Assembly (NCBI RefSeq): GCF_964355755.1
Contig: NC_092678.1
Span: 3,798,422 to 3,862,421, forward strand
DNA: 64,000 nt
From: Antedon mediterranea
Lineage: Eukaryota > Animalia > Echinodermata
Direction: 5' to 3'
The notes beneath the pieces were generated by a model that did not search any database, was not told the origin of the DNA, and saw only the letters and a program-made list of their open reading frames with translations. How positions within the stretch are numbered: position 1 is the first letter of the stretch; every line of letters begins with the position of its first letter. This document shows positions 27,701 through 39,200 of this stretch, one piece after another. A program made the position numbers and the translations under genes.

Positions 27701-30700
27701 TTGTTCAGTTTTGGTTACAATCAAAGTTTGAATAGCCGGTTTTTAAATGAGGATATTTGATATAGTACTTCATTGTCTACAGTTTTATTTACTGGTTTTG
27801 GTAAGTTTTAAAGTCAATGACTCCAGCTAATGGGAAAGTTCAATCCTATGCAGGGAGCCGAAAAGTTTGTTAAATGTCCAAATTTTAATTGCTTGTAAGG
27901 TCGGTACGCCTTTGACAGTTTTACTAAAGCTGAACAACTGGATGTGTTGGGGCGTGTGAACATTATTTAGAATCCACTTACTTATTAAAGATCTCTTTTC
28001 TTGAAATTTCTTATGGATTTTAATTTCTTATGGATTTTAATTTCTTGTTGTAGTCAATCATAAAACCTAATTTATACAGCAAGTTAGTTATATTTTATAT
28101 CTGAAACACCACCAAAACATATTTTTATTAAATCAATTGGGTTAATATAAGTTTAGTCAGACCTCATTCCAATTTAATGCGTATGTTAACGTTCGCAATT
28201 AACATTTCTTTAAGGAGTATATATTGTATACCAGTTGTTCATTATTATCATTATTGTACATACGCCAATACGACTTCTCACGATCGAAACGTAATTACTC
28301 TGATCTCAAATTACCGAAATTGATACAGAAGACAATAACGGCAGATAGTTTTCAATTGCGATCAATTTGCCATTAGTTTGGACAGTAGACCTACTGTTAT
28401 TCTTTCTGTGTTAAATGCTTACCAAACAACATCCAGTCTGGATTGTGTAACACTTGTAAATTGTCCTGATCGTACGCGGAACATTACACATTTTTAGAGC
28501 TGCATGAACTGCCAAAACTTTTTAATCAATATTTTTAAAATGTACCAAATTTCAACAATTTTTCTCTGTGTAAACTTCAGAGTTTTACAAACTAATGCAT
28601 ATTCTAAATAGACATTTTGGAAAATTTTCTTAACTCATAAACAGTTCAATAAATACATAAACCCCATTATTTTACTTGTTATATCGGCCGCTAATGCACA
28701 CATTTTATTGCCAACTGTTGACAGAAAGAATAAGAGTTGGATGGGGACTGTTTATTTAAACATTTTATTACATCACGTTTTATTGTGATACAACGCAATC
28801 GACAAACGCGACAATAATATTTTAGAATAAGTACAACAAATTATTAGGGAAGCGAATAAAATATAAAATCTTATTTTCATACAAAATTTGGGTAAAATAT
28901 TATATATTGAATACTGTAAATTAATTTTCTATGTTAGAGATTAAATAAATATTACGACACGGTTATAAAGTTAAAATTCATTAGGTTGAACATTGCATGC
29001 TGTCCATACAGTGTAATAGTTTACAGTAGTGGAAGCACCATTATATCACTGCAGGCATTAGCAATACTTGTGTATTGCATAGCGCCTGACACACTGGCCT
29101 AATCACAAGATATACACACTCGACAGAGTTCAGCAAAATCAAGTACAGAATTAAATGATTCGTAGTTTATACTGCCAAATTTACACCTATCAACGTGACG
29201 AATGAATTTTACAAATAGCAATTTGTATGGAGATGAACAATTTACAACGCATTTAACGTTTCTCAGTTTAAACGATTCTTAATAATATTTTCCAGTAACT
29301 ACCATTTTGTAATGCATAACTGCCTTACAACAAATGGAAAATATTCAAATAGCAAGTGAAAATAAAGAAAATAACCACTTCTGTGTTAAATAGGTGTACA
29401 TTATGCTAATTTCATTTATAATAAACAACATACAGTGACTATAACAACTCAAATTCAAATATGTCCTTCTTCTTTTATTGTATCAAACAAAAACAATTTC
29501 AATACAAAAGGTAGCCAAGATATAGCCGAAGTTAATCAAGCTTGGTACCTTTAAGCTACGAAATTAACAAATAAATAACAGAACTTAAAAGAAAATAAAA
29601 ATTTGATAATGTCAAAAACAAAACAAAAAATTTTGAATAATAAATAAATAACATAACATAACATAACATAAAGTGCTGTATGTACTGTACTGTAATAAAC
29701 AAAACCATATCATATGTATGTACAGCTATGCTGATAAGTATGTAACATAGTTAGGGAAGAATTAAATCCCTGGTTATGAGAACAATTACTGGTATATGTT
29801 CAATAGTATAAACTATAATAAAGGAAAGTTAAATGTGGCCAAAAAACAACACGACAAAAAGTGAATGAATTTGTCTTGACTGAAATGGATCGGAAGTTTG
29901 TAACAATAGAAATATTGTTAAATCCATGGGAACTTGTAGAGTTAATCTTTAGATTGCTGTATAACTCATAACTATTAGAGACAATCTTTTATTAAGTTTA
30001 AAAGTTCAGCTTGAGTGACTACCACGTCAAGAATTTAAAAAGCAAGCTTTATACAGCGTCATGAATCACCAAATAGTTGAGTTTGTCTAGAACTTGTTTG
30101 TGCGGTCAATAATATAAATAAGTCGTCCATGTCTATGAGCTGCCCCTAAGCCACGTGCCCTTTCTTTAGTACACGAACAATACATTTATCATCATCAAGT
30201 CGAATTTCAGTAAAAACAAACTTCTGAATTCAGAACACAGGCCAATGAACAAACACTAAAAACTAACCTTTTTGACAAATCTCTTAACAGAAAGTCAAAA
30301 AATAAAAATTAAGAGGATTATTTTCGAACAAAAACTGTACTAGCTTTTCATGGGCCATGATTAAAATTATAATCAAAATATTCATGGATTTGACTCATAT
30401 TGTAGATTTTATAAGTAAATGCATATTGTATGAATATCAATTACCCCTTTTGTTTACTTGAGTCAGCGCGTTCATAGGCAGGTGGTGTTAGGACGAATGT
30501 TTTTGGTAGGTTTTGACAAAGAAAAGCGAGGAAAGACAAAGGTTTAAAGAAGTCAATTTTTACGTAATGAAGCCAACATAGCGTATTCAAAAACTCGTTA
30601 TGCAGGATGATGTATGAAATGGTAATGAAGCGGTACCGTTACTATCCACAATAAAGAACAGTCATGCTTCAATTATTAAGGTTTTATTAATAAGTCGCGA

Positions 30701-30961
30701 GCGATTGATTCTTAAATGAAGAGGAAAGCACTTTAAACTATTGTCATGTCAATTTAATACACAACACTGCGTTCTGTCTTATTATCAATAACAAGAACAT
30801 AATAAACATCACATTAAAACACGACAACCATTATATTTTGGCTTCTTGTCTTATAATAAATATAATAATTATATAATATTAGAAATAAGCCAAAAAAAAA
30901 AATATATACAGCAGCTGCAATATACAAAATTTGAATAACAATTTGTTTTGTTTCTTTACAG

Positions 30962-31234
30962 TTATCAGAGCTAAAGTAGTTCCTTATTACTCAAAAATTG
31001 GACATTCAATCTTTACAAAAAGACATAAAAATGATGTTGTACTGCCGACAGCACCATCAAGTGGTTCAAGCAATCCTAACGAACCTTTTAAACATTGGCA
31101 GATCCGCATAAAGAAAGTCTATAAAGGAGGAGAATTTATTGCCAATGGCGCTGAAACTAGCATTTACACGTCAATATTTGACTCCCTCTGTGGCGTCGCA
31201 ACAATGCAAGAAGGTGAACAGTATCTATTTATGG
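30962..31234 (+). CDS. TIMP: TIMP coding exon 2
   Basis: Acceptor tttctttacAG, phase 1. Encodes VIRAKVV...WQIRIKKVYKG...IYTSIFDSLCGV...GEQYLFMG (TIMP VIRAK, KxYKG, SLCG and YL.G motifs). Donor G|GTAAGT. Confidence 0.95.
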
Positions 31235-33464
31235 GTAAGTACAACAAAATGTATAATGTATAAACGCCATAATTTGATTTCAATATATTACAAATTGCTG
31301 CAAACATTCTTAAGTTTCAAAATTGAGTTCCATTAATAAAATTGTTTATGCACATAAAATGCTTCTATCAAGAAAAACAGACATATCTGAATAAATTTTC
31401 TTTAATTTTCCATACAATAACAAATATTTTCAGACAAGTCACAAATAATAGATTTATATATTTCATAAATAAAATAATAGTCTGTTTGCAACAAGTCTAG
31501 TCAATGCCAAGTATAGTAGATTATACAAGTGATAACCATGAGATAAAAATACTTTGATGTGAGAATAGTATGAGTCAGGCTATAGATTTAAGTAGATTAT
31601 TATCTATCATATATTGACTGTTGAAAATGAACTAATTTAAATGTTCAATGCACTATATAGATTTTGAAGTTAACATCATGTTTACGAAAATTGTACTGTA
31701 TTAATTAACGTTATGAGTAGAAGTGGTGGTAAACTGAATATACCATATTTAAAATTGGTATTGAAAATTTAAATCACGTTACAAGGACGCTATGATCTTA
31801 TCTCAACTAATAATAATTTAACTGAAAAACACTGCAGGCTATTTCATCATTTCTTCCATAATTCCTTTGTTTTGTCTCCCTCAGATCGCCCCCTAGCAAA
31901 ATCAGGAGTCAATGTCCCCTTAAAATATAACCACTTAAATTCAGATTAAATATTTTGTTAAACCAAGAGTTGTTTAACTAGCTAGTTTAATATGTCAAAG
32001 AGAAATCGTGGCTGTTTAAATTAAGAGTGTTGGGTATCAAGCTGTTTGTATATTATCACTCACTTTGGAAACAAGAACAATCAGCGCACCCAGTATGTGA
32101 TCAATGGACACTTGTTAAATAAATTGAAAACATTGTTGTGATATATTCACAAAAACATGACGAACCTTGTCCGTCCTGCTCTAATTACAAAGTTAATTAC
32201 AACGTTCTGTTGCGAGCTATAAATAAATTACCTATTATTTGTCAGAATAATGAAATTCAAACATGGATACCGAGTAGAAATATTAGATTAACGTCTTGAG
32301 AAATTTTACACCGCCTAATTTAAAATGCGTCATCGAACAGATAATGACAAGAATTAATGTCGAGTTAGAAATCATTAATGTCGCGTATGTAACATAGGTT
32401 AGGATTTCAATGGTAACAATATCTTCTTTAGTTTATTTTGTACATTATAAATTAATCGCATCCAATGACTGTTTAAATAGGCCAAAGATAATAAAAAGAT
32501 CACTTTAGATGAAATATAATATTTAGATTCATTTTGAAGACATTTAAATAAACACTAAAATTCACACATTTTATATTACAAATTTGCTTTTAGTAAATAA
32601 TTTCCACTTCTATTTTTAGTTGTAAAAGAGGGTTAAAAAGATTGTTTGTGAAAAGTCAGAGCTATTCAAACTGACTTTATTGCTTTAACATTTCATTAAA
32701 ATACGATTCTATCTACGCACATAAAAAGCATCACCATGTGACCTAAAAAACGAACGAACCTCGCTAATGATACAGTAATCAATAAAGCTATAGGAAAAAG
32801 CTGAGCCTATATATTCAAGACAAGTGTCATTTTATGAATTGTTCACAAATTCGTTATCGTTTGTTTGTTGCCGTATTAGTTGAGATCTCCCGCAGAATGT
32901 TGCCGTAAGATACATTGATATATAAAGTCAGAACAGATAATGCAAATGGGTACTTATACGTTAAGTAATGACTTAAGCAAAGAAAACGTGTTTCTAAATA
33001 GTGTGTTTAGTCTGTCTGATGTGTAGACCATTGCTAAAGGCATTGCAGTTAAGCTATATAAAATATGTTAGAGTACGAACATCTTCAGGCTTGATATTAA
33101 TCTATTAAATTTATCTACTTTATACAAATAAAATCCTACTTTTCTCTTTTAATATATTGAATATTTTCAAAATGCATTTTTGTTGTGAGCTTTCGGCAAT
33201 AAACAATTATTTAATGCAAAATGTTATACTGTCCTGATTTTCAAGATATATTTATGAGGATAAAAAAAAAACTGGGTTGCTAAACATTTGGTTATGAATG
33301 TTTCATAAAGGATACTTGGGCTCTGATATATAACATATCCATGAATATTTCATATTCAATAATATATCATATTGTTCTATATTCAATATTTTAAAAGTAA
33401 TTTCTTAATGAATCATTCTGCAGATAAAATACATTGGAAATAATAAAGCAATAGTTGAGGAATA

Positions 33465-33780
33465 ATATACAAATAATGAATGTTTATGAGTGCAATGGTA
33501 CAAATAATGGCACGAGGTGAATGATGAAAGGTTATATCAATGAGGCAAAGCCGAGTTGATATAACCTTTCATCATTCACCAAGTGCCATTATTTGTACCA
33601 TTACACGAATACAAAACATTCATTATTTGTTTTATATAACATCTAGACGTTTTTTTTTCGTACACAAAAATGTTTCAAAAAGTACTATTTAACGATCGTT
33701 GAATAGTGCGTACTATTGCACGCCATGTGACCCACATTCGTCCAATCAAATGACAGGAATTTATATAGGTGTTATATAAT
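33465..33780. mobile_element. Fold-back (hairpin) non-autonomous element in TIMP intron 2
   Basis: Near-perfect inverted repeat 33469-33630 around aggcaaagccga. A second short inverted pair is ttatataacatcta / taggtgttatataa (33632-33779). Confidence 0.7.
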
Positions 33781-34437
33781 TATCAATATTAATACTTCTC
33801 TACTCTATTGTAGTTAACAGAAATATTAAATAATTGATAATTATAAACATTATTTCAATATTAATCTACATTGAATTAATTGATTTTTATCAAATTAATC
33901 GCAAATTTAAAAGCATTTAACCGTTAGTTGACATACGATTGTTAACTACCTAGGCGCTGTTAATCTGTTTGCCCCCACAAGGGGATCAACACACTCACAT
34001 ACATTCACCAAAACTATCCAAGCAAGACAAGAGTTTATTTGGCCCACGTGCCTAATGACAAAAGAGTATAGGTCTCAATATTTACCTTCAGGAATTTGTG
34101 TGATAAACTTTGGTAAACACTCCTTGAGATAATAAATAGGGCAAAAATGTGACAGAAGAATTAGCTTAGATAATACTATATTTGGAAATGTAGTCCTGTT
34201 GTAAGTTGTTTGTAAGTTTAATAAGGGCACTTTTCCTTGGTTTATACAAGTTTGTTTATAATTAATAGTTTTATATCCCCTTGAAAACTTTCTTTGGTAA
34301 TATAGAAATACTATTAAAATACACTGCTCAATTTATTGTTTTTCGCTTTGGTTTTTTTTTTGGAATTTCATAATAACTAAAAAACAAATAAACAATTTTG
34401 TTCTTTTTAATCAATAATTGTATTCATTTTGTTGTAG

Positions 34438-34559
34438 GTATGCTGCAAGATGGCCAGCTCCGTTTTACAACATGCAACTGGCATGCCAAATGGGACACAA
34501 TAACGAAGAAAATGCGCAAAGGACTTCGATATCAGTACACAAGCAACTGTAATTGCCAG
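34438..34559 (+). CDS. TIMP: TIMP coding exon 3
   Basis: Acceptor ttttgttgtAG. Encodes GMLQDGQLRFTTCNWHAKWDTITKKMRKGLRYQYTSNCNCQ (TIMP C..W......QxxGL...Y...C.C pattern). Donor CAG|GTTAGT, phase 0. Not in the ORF track. Confidence 0.95.
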
Positions 34560-35027
34560 GTTAGTCAATAAAATTTACCCAAAATTAAATCAGCATAATG
34601 CATACACAAGAATTGCCAAAACATGAATAGTGTACATAAATAAATGTTTGATGCCAGATAAAAATAATGTTGCAATTATTATGTAACTAAGTATTTGATT
34701 TACTGACAACAAATTGTATAATAGTATGGTTCTATTTCTAAAACTATAATTTAGGTATAAAAACAATTAGTATGTCAAAATATAGCTTAAAATATTAGTA
34801 TGAAATATTAGTGTTTGAGAATTAATTTCTAAAATTGTAAAATCGGTTATTTGATTTATATTTGCACTTTGCAAATTAATAAAACATTCATTTAGTATTT
34901 TGAAATGAAAGTACATTTATAATACTCAAATAGGGTCAGGAAATTAAATATGTAAATCATATGCAAATAATTGTAATAATATCTGTATGAATTCATTAAT
35001 AAATATGATATTTTGAATGTTTTACAG

Positions 35028-35228
35028 ATTTCAACATGCGGATTATTTGACAAATGTGACAAACGGATACATACTAAACAAGCTGATGGCGCTTGTGTGT
35101 GGGACGCATGGGATGGTGGTTGCGAGAGCAAATTCTCAACCTGCATTGTCCATGATGACGGGCGCTGCGCATGGCATCGATCACCAGAACTTAGCAGATG
35201 TCGAAAAACCGAGATCACTAAAAGCTAG
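35028..35228 (+). CDS. TIMP: TIMP coding exon 4 (C-terminal domain, stop)
   Basis: Acceptor ttttacAG. Encodes ISTCGLFDKC...ACVW...CESKFSTCIVHDDGRCAW...CRKTEITKS*. The four exons sum to 720 nt, i.e. 239 aa plus stop, with all phases compatible. Confidence 0.95.
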   Translation: MSTCGLFDKCDKRIHTKQADGACVWDAWDGGCESKFSTCIVHDDGRCAWHRSPELSRCRKTEITKS

Positions 35229-36517
35229 ATATTGTGACATTTTAAATATAACTATTTTCTGTTCATTTGGATTAGTTTGTGAGTGGAGCATTTATGATAA
35301 CGCCAAACATTATGTTGGATTTTAAGTGTTATTTTATTTTAACATCATTGCTAAGGGCAAGCAAGTCTTTTAAAAAGAACTTCATTGAACATGATTCACA
35401 TCAGAAAATGGATATATCCATATACATTTAATATATTAAAGTTTCAATTTTTTGTAAAATTTATTAAGTCTGTCCATATACAAACTTTGGAATTTTGATT
35501 GTTAATTTGTGTAAACATGTAAACAACAGCAACATGTAAACAATATTAAGTAAACAAAAATATACGTGGAATATCAGAAATAAATATAGATAGACACAGT
35601 ATTTTGTTAGAAATTGTTTAGAAATATGTTATTTTGAGTTTGGTCTAGAGTGTGCTACATTTATCTACTATATAAATATAAATATGAATATATATTAACA
35701 TTATTATTATTTGAGAATTGTATAAAGATATGTGTAGAATCAAGAAAGAATTTTGTACTTGCAATTTTAAATTTGTAAAACATATTTGCCGGACAAAATA
35801 TACAGTTTCCTTTAGTTAAGAATAGGGTTAATTACTTTGAACTATTTCTATATTCTATAGTGAACATAGAGAAACTGCCTATATAAGTAAGTTCATGTTT
35901 TATATAATGTATTAGTCCATTTGCACACATTATGTTTGGTTAAAATAAAGTTCTGTAGTAATCAGGTTTTTAGTGTGATATACCCACCTGATGAAAACAA
36001 AATCATTTAAACAGTTTATAAGTATTTGTCTTTCATGCTCGATATTTTTATTAATTAAATAATTATAAATGTTACTACTATGAAGTAGGAAATAGTATTG
36101 AATTAGTGAGTAAAATCCTACATGAGAAAAACTTTGCATATTCTCAATTGTACTATTGTTCTTGATATGCAGTTAGAAGACATTATAAACATTATCATTG
36201 CAAATAAAATTATAGGTTTGCTATTTCAGCTAACTAACAAACATTTTTAAAAATTAGGAGCATTAAAGAATTTGAACACCCAAAGATGTGTTTGGGTATT
36301 TCCAACTCATAAAAGAAAAAGAGCAGAATGTCAACGACAATTGTCTAATTGATTAGTACAAGACAATCAGCTTAGATTTTTACTGGGGATATGAAATAAT
36401 TGTTGCTGATATCAAGTAATAAGGTTAATATGCTTTGTGAATTTCAATAGATGTATTATCATAAATACGCTATTTCTCAATATATTTGTCATTGTTATAA
36501 TTTATGTTTTTATTGTA

Positions 36518-36570
36518 AATAAATGCCATTGTATATATATGAAGAAAGAAAGTCTGAGCTGTTTGTTGTT
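36518..36570 (+). terminator. Candidate TIMP polyadenylation signal
   Basis: AATAAA at ~36519 is followed by GT-rich gtttgttgttt at ~36561 after an AU-rich 3' region. Earlier AATAAA hexamers (~35579, 35944, 36203) are alternatives. Confidence 0.3.
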
Positions 36571-37788
36571 TAAAATTTGAGGTATTCTCCAGAAATTTAT
36601 ATATAATATATAGAAATGAAATAAGCACTAAAAAATAACCGGATGTCAACGGCTGGAGGTCAATGGATTCTTTTACTGAAGAAAATTGAAGTCGAGTTTG
36701 GTTGCCTATCTTTTTGGTAATTTGTACCTCATCTCATAGGTAATTTAGGCCACAGTTTAATCTAAATACAATTGAATTTTTAAAAGTTTATGACATAACA
36801 AATGACCTTTAAAATAAGTGCATCTAAATAAATAAAAAGTCATTAATGGCTTTGTGGTATTGTTTTCAATTATTAAAATTAAACAATAACCGTTGATTAT
36901 ACCGTAGGAAATTAGAAAATGCAAATAATACGATAACGCAAATGTAAAGTACTTTTACTGATAAACCTAAAATATATAGATCTAATTATTCACTTGTTGC
37001 CATGGAGATACGACAATAATAAATATTAAGTAATCGCAAGTTTAATTAAGATTGATATCATGTGTTCGGACTGACGTGGATGTTGGAAGTGGCTTAATTA
37101 TTGTTTGTAGTATATGAAGCTGGTGTTCATATTTTGTTGCAATTGTTGGTTTTGATGAAGTGTGTGTACGTGAGCGTAACCATGGTGATGCTGAAATTTC
37201 TGGTCAATTATATTATATTTAAAAAGAATCTTGTTTGGATTAATCTGAATTATTATTTTTAATCTTATTTGTTTTAAGATTTAGATGAAGATTGAATATT
37301 TAGATGAAAATGATGGTGATGATAGTAATGTTTATGATGATGTATTACTAATAAATCTAATATTTCATGAAAAAATACATAATGAATTCTAAAATCCATA
37401 ACATATACACATTCTCTGGTCTGATGGTATAAAAAGTAACAACGTTATATCACACACATTTTGTAGTCTTATAGTCAATCAATAGTATTCAATATTATTC
37501 CAATTACTGTTTCGATTCTGTTATTATTACCATTTTGCTTTAAGTTCTGCATATTTCATGCAAGCCTATCTATCATTGAATAAACAAGACTCAAATAGTC
37601 TTGCATTTGCTTATTTCCTATGAATGAATGTGAAGTTCTGCCGTTGGCTACTGAGAAATAGGCGAAGGACAATTTAGTTTGGCCGAGATAAGCTAGTGGA
37701 AGCAGATGTGAACATAAGTGGAATCAACGAGGCATACCCAACATTATCCTTAATATATACAGTATAAAAATAATTATTATTATTTATA

Positions 37789-38050
37789 TACATATATACA
37801 CCCAAGTGACTCAATTGTAGGGCACCTGTATATAAAACATAGAGTTCCAAGTACAAGTTATGTTTAGGGAGCCCTTTTTTCATAATCGCATCTTTTTCTA
37901 TATTCCACCTATTTAATTGTTTGTACAGTATTATTTTTATACATATATACACCCAAGTGACTCAATTGTATGGCCCAAGTCATATTTAGAGAGTCCTTTG
38001 TTATAATCGCATCTTTTACTATATTTCACTTATTTAATTATTTATACAGC
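37789..38050. repeat. Diverged two-copy tandem duplication (~150 bp period)
   Basis: tacatatatacacccaagtgactcaattgta...ataatcgcatctttt.ctatatt.cac.tatttaatt occurs twice; the second copy has an internal deletion. Confidence 0.85.
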
Positions 38051-38868
38051 AATATTAATGGAAGCTTTAAGTGTTTCTCTGTTCAAATTTAATATCTTTG
38101 GAGAAAAAATGTATTAATTTGGTTGAAAGAGGAAATAATTTATGTATAAAAAAATTGTTTATTTCCATCTTTTTTCTCGCAATAAAGTCAAGAATGAGAT
38201 AAGATAAGAAAGCAAAAATATATCATAGTAATTTACATACAATGTGTAATAAATACAGATGCCCAGTTTGGTTTCATAAGCATCTCCTAGGACAATTACA
38301 CAACCAACCACGATTCTCTAAAGGGATTGACTAGACTGGAGATTTAAAACCCTGTACTACAAATATTAAGTAAAAAGCTTAACTTAAATGATAGTTACGG
38401 AAGACTAACACACCAGATGTCCGAGTTACATAACTTTACAACTATGTGTCTGTTGTATTGTACCTTACCTACAATCTCTCAAAATAGATTACTAATGTCA
38501 TTTTCTAAGCCAACGATGATGTCAGTTTCCTTCCGTAGTTCCCTATATAATTTGAACTTGAAAAAATCCCCACCTACACACTTATTTGAAAAAACTTTAC
38601 ATAATAGTTTAAAGGGGTTTTTTTTTCGCTCACAGTATGAAAATTTTACAAAAAAACGATAAATAATGTACAAAATATAATATCATTTTCTCAAGTTTGA
38701 AGATATATTTTAGGAGGTATTGTATTTCATGAAAGATTTAGATACATAATATCAATTTGATCTCTGGTGCGCGTGCGTACAACTGAGCACTAGTTGTGTT
38801 CTAACCGTACCACGCCGAGAATGTTAAAGGGTTGTTATCCAATCGAGTTAAAGAACAATACCATGAAA

Positions 38869-38940
38869 GCCCCAGTGGTCTAATGGTTAGGGCAACTGCA
38901 TATCAAGCAGACGGTCCGAGTTCGAGTCTCGGTTGGGGCG
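38869..38940 (+). tRNA. tRNA-like element or pseudogene, anticodon ATC (Asp-like)
   Basis: 72-nt cloverleaf: acceptor GCCCCAG/TTGGGGC, D arm GTCT-AATGGTTA-GGGC, anticodon arm (A)CTGC-ATATCAA-GCAG(A), T arm CCGAG-TTCGAGT-CTCGG, discriminator G, then TTTTT. Confidence 0.55.
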
Positions 38941-39099
38941 ACTTTTTCTCATTCTCACAGATTTCCTCATCTTTATCGTTAAATAATTTTCAGTATATCA
39001 CCGGGCGGTTTGGAATTTATTTCTATGCCTGTATATAAATAAGAAACATATATTTTTGTTTATGAATATATATAAAAAATCAAATGAATCTGTATTATA

Positions 39100-39200
39100 A
39101 ACTAGCTTGACAAAGCTTAAATATGGTAGTGATATGACATCATCATGTCCATATATGGGCACATCACATTTTTTTGTCACATAAAGTCAGACAGAGATTT
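39100..39200. mobile_element. Dispersed repeat / MITE remnant, copy 1
   Basis: aaatatggtagtgatatgacatcatcatgtccatatatgggcacatcacatt..tgtcacataaagtc is nearly identical to 57554-57622. Confidence 0.7.

Noticed and set aside
30391-31577. AP-1 heptamers in TIMP introns (30391, 30459, 31571)
   Set aside because: Seven-base motifs are expected by chance at about this frequency, so they are not supportable without functional data.
36996-37340. Second X-box-like site and a signal-peptide-like MKLVFIF start
   Set aside because: The X-box is imperfect and the frames are interrupted by stops, so no coherent exon can be built.
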